Part shown: positions 62,168-64,000 of the stretch, one piece after another
Position numbering within the stretch: position 1 is the stretch's first letter
Layout: each line of letters opens with the position of its first letter
The notes under the pieces: generated by a model
The model's input: only the letters and a program-made list of their open reading frames with translations
Told to the model about the DNA's origin: nothing
Databases searched by the model: none
Position numbers and translations under genes: made by a program
Assembly (NCBI GenBank): GCA_002633005.1
Contig: NMRA01000056.1
Span: 1,085,521 to 1,149,520, forward strand
Reading direction: 5' to 3'
DNA: 64,000 nt
DNA from: Phoronis australis
Lineage: Eukaryota > Animalia > Phoronida

Positions 62168-62935
62168 CTGGAATAATTATATAAGCTTCGAATGAATTTC
62201 ACGCAACATTTCCAAAGAATCATCGATTTTCCCGATATTTTTGCACTACATTTATCTATCAATGACCTATCAATTCCATACAAACAAAGTGATTAAGTGA
62301 GCGCTGGTTTGCTATTTGATAAATCCTACAAAACTTGTCAATTCCAGCTAGAGTTACACATATCTTTTCTTAAGCGGGCGCAGTACATATATTCAAAACC
62401 AAATTGCAGTTTTTGAAATTACGAGCTGCACATAGACGTCTTCGTATTTCTAACTAATTTTCCATCAGCTTTTGTTGTCAGTTGTCGCGTGAAGGCCAGT
62501 GTACCAACCCGATTTTTCCTCGGCTCTCGGAATTTCTTATCGGCAATCAAACCAACGCACACAATCCGATTTTTCATGACTGGCTATCACGCTTGCCATT
62601 CTTTTTTGCATCATACCTGAAATCCTAGCAGTTGTTGAATTTGAGCTCGGTCGTGACAAATAATCGGTTTCAAGCTAACACCATGCAAGAAGACGTGACA
62701 TACTCTTCGGCAACCTGCCATTTTGTCCAAAAGCTGTACAATTGTGAACCACCACAAACAAATGATTTTTTATTGGCGTCATTGTCGCTGGCCTTATTTT
62801 ATGCAGAAATGACGAGACACCACTCTTTGACTAGGCATTCATTCACAGGATACAGACAAAAGGGAGAAGGCAGAAACACAACTAAATAGCCATCAGCCAC
62901 TTGTGCTTGAAAGTTTTTGGCATTTTGGACCATAC

Positions 62936-63088
62936 CTCGGTCTGTCGTTTTTCCATTGTCTGTGTCTTCGTATTCCACTGGATGTCATCATTGCCAGAGG
63001 TCACCTGACGCATTGCCAGATTTCGGGCGTGTCTCTGCTTCTCCTTGTTTTCCTTGGGGTAGGGTGTGGGTGGACGTATCGTCTTACC
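62936..63088 (-). CDS. ERBIN: Erbin/Densin-like LAP protein exon containing the LAPSDb motif (GKTIRPPTPYPKENKEKQRHARNLAMRQ...)
   Basis: Acceptor tgtacag|GGT, donor GAG|GTATGG, 153 nt, phase 0/0. PTPYPKE resembles the LAP-family LAPSDb motif (PTPYP in Erbin). Confidence 0.85.
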
Positions 63089-64000
63089 CTGTACAGCAGA
63101 ATACAGACCGTGTTATGAATGTGAGGGTCGCTGGCATTAGAATTCAATCAGCCCACATTTGGTTGAACTCCTGCTCCCTTGTTTTCCAAATTTTCACTTT
63201 TAAATACCCACACTCAGTTATGAGCCCACCTTTATTCATACAGGCAAGATTTTTGACTCCTTAAAGCACTGCACACATAAATGCTTACTTCACCTCCTAA
63301 AACACACGCATTTTGCTTAACTTTAACTTCCAAGCACCACATTATATGCATTCTGTCGGTAAACTTTCTAATCTAATTACTCTGCACAAAGTGGCTCGCA
63401 ACTGTCTAGTAATTAACCCATAATTGGCAGTTTATGTAAACGCCAACCCAAATTTTTTTAAAAAAAACTTTAACACCCAAACACGGCTTAGCACCCATCC
63501 TTTTACTTTTAAGATTTTCAATTTACACAGGCTGACACTTTTTACATTTTATATGGAAAGGTTTTATCAAGTGTAGATTCCACGTTTTTTGGACATTTTA
63601 AAATGAGACTGGCAACGGCATGACTTCCGGGAGGAGCAGGAAATGAATAAAATGTCTACAGTCAGTCACTCTGCATGAAAATAATTGCCAAAATCGTCAT
63701 TTTTTTGATTTTCAAAGGCTCGTCATCTTATCAGTGACAAATAATCAAAATTTTATCACAAGATGTTTCATGACACCAGCACCCTACAAACTATTCCAAC
63801 GTCAAAATTTCCTTAAAATTTCTATTCTTGAGAATTTCAATAAAAATAAAATTTCATTTTACCTCCACTGCATAGATAAACAATTTGTGTGTTCTACACA
63901 TTCAAATTTAATAACGAGCAAGACTACATATCAATTATTCACTAAACACATGGGTTCACAACAATGATATACATGAGGCAATGTAGAATAGAATGAAATC

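Overview
AT-rich, intron-rich animal genomic DNA, probably from an invertebrate bilaterian (inferred from the gene content and repeat types). Two partial, convergent genes were rebuilt by hand with consistent splice phases. (1) On +, the 3' part of a SYDE/Syd-1 gene (C2 + RhoGAP), with exons at 32578-33651, 41498-41649 and 46538-46748/46777, plus a candidate alternative last exon at 47920-48005. No upstream coding exon was recognisable in the first 32.5 kb. (2) On -, the last nine exons of an Erbin/Densin (LAP1-class) gene, running from the LAPSDb motif to a single C-terminal PDZ domain (63088-54550). The rest holds tRNA-derived SINEs, MITEs with readable target-site duplications (TSDs), a Helentron-associated (HINE/DINE-1-like) element, minisatellites and two duplications at single-N junctions that look like uncollapsed haplotypes. 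One of these appears to capture a heterozygous hAT-like insertion. I found no clearly new biological system. The best leads are the alternative SYDE C-termini, a paired RFX X-box, the motif-rich Erbin linker and a decayed ORF of unknown origin at about 37.4-38.2 kb.
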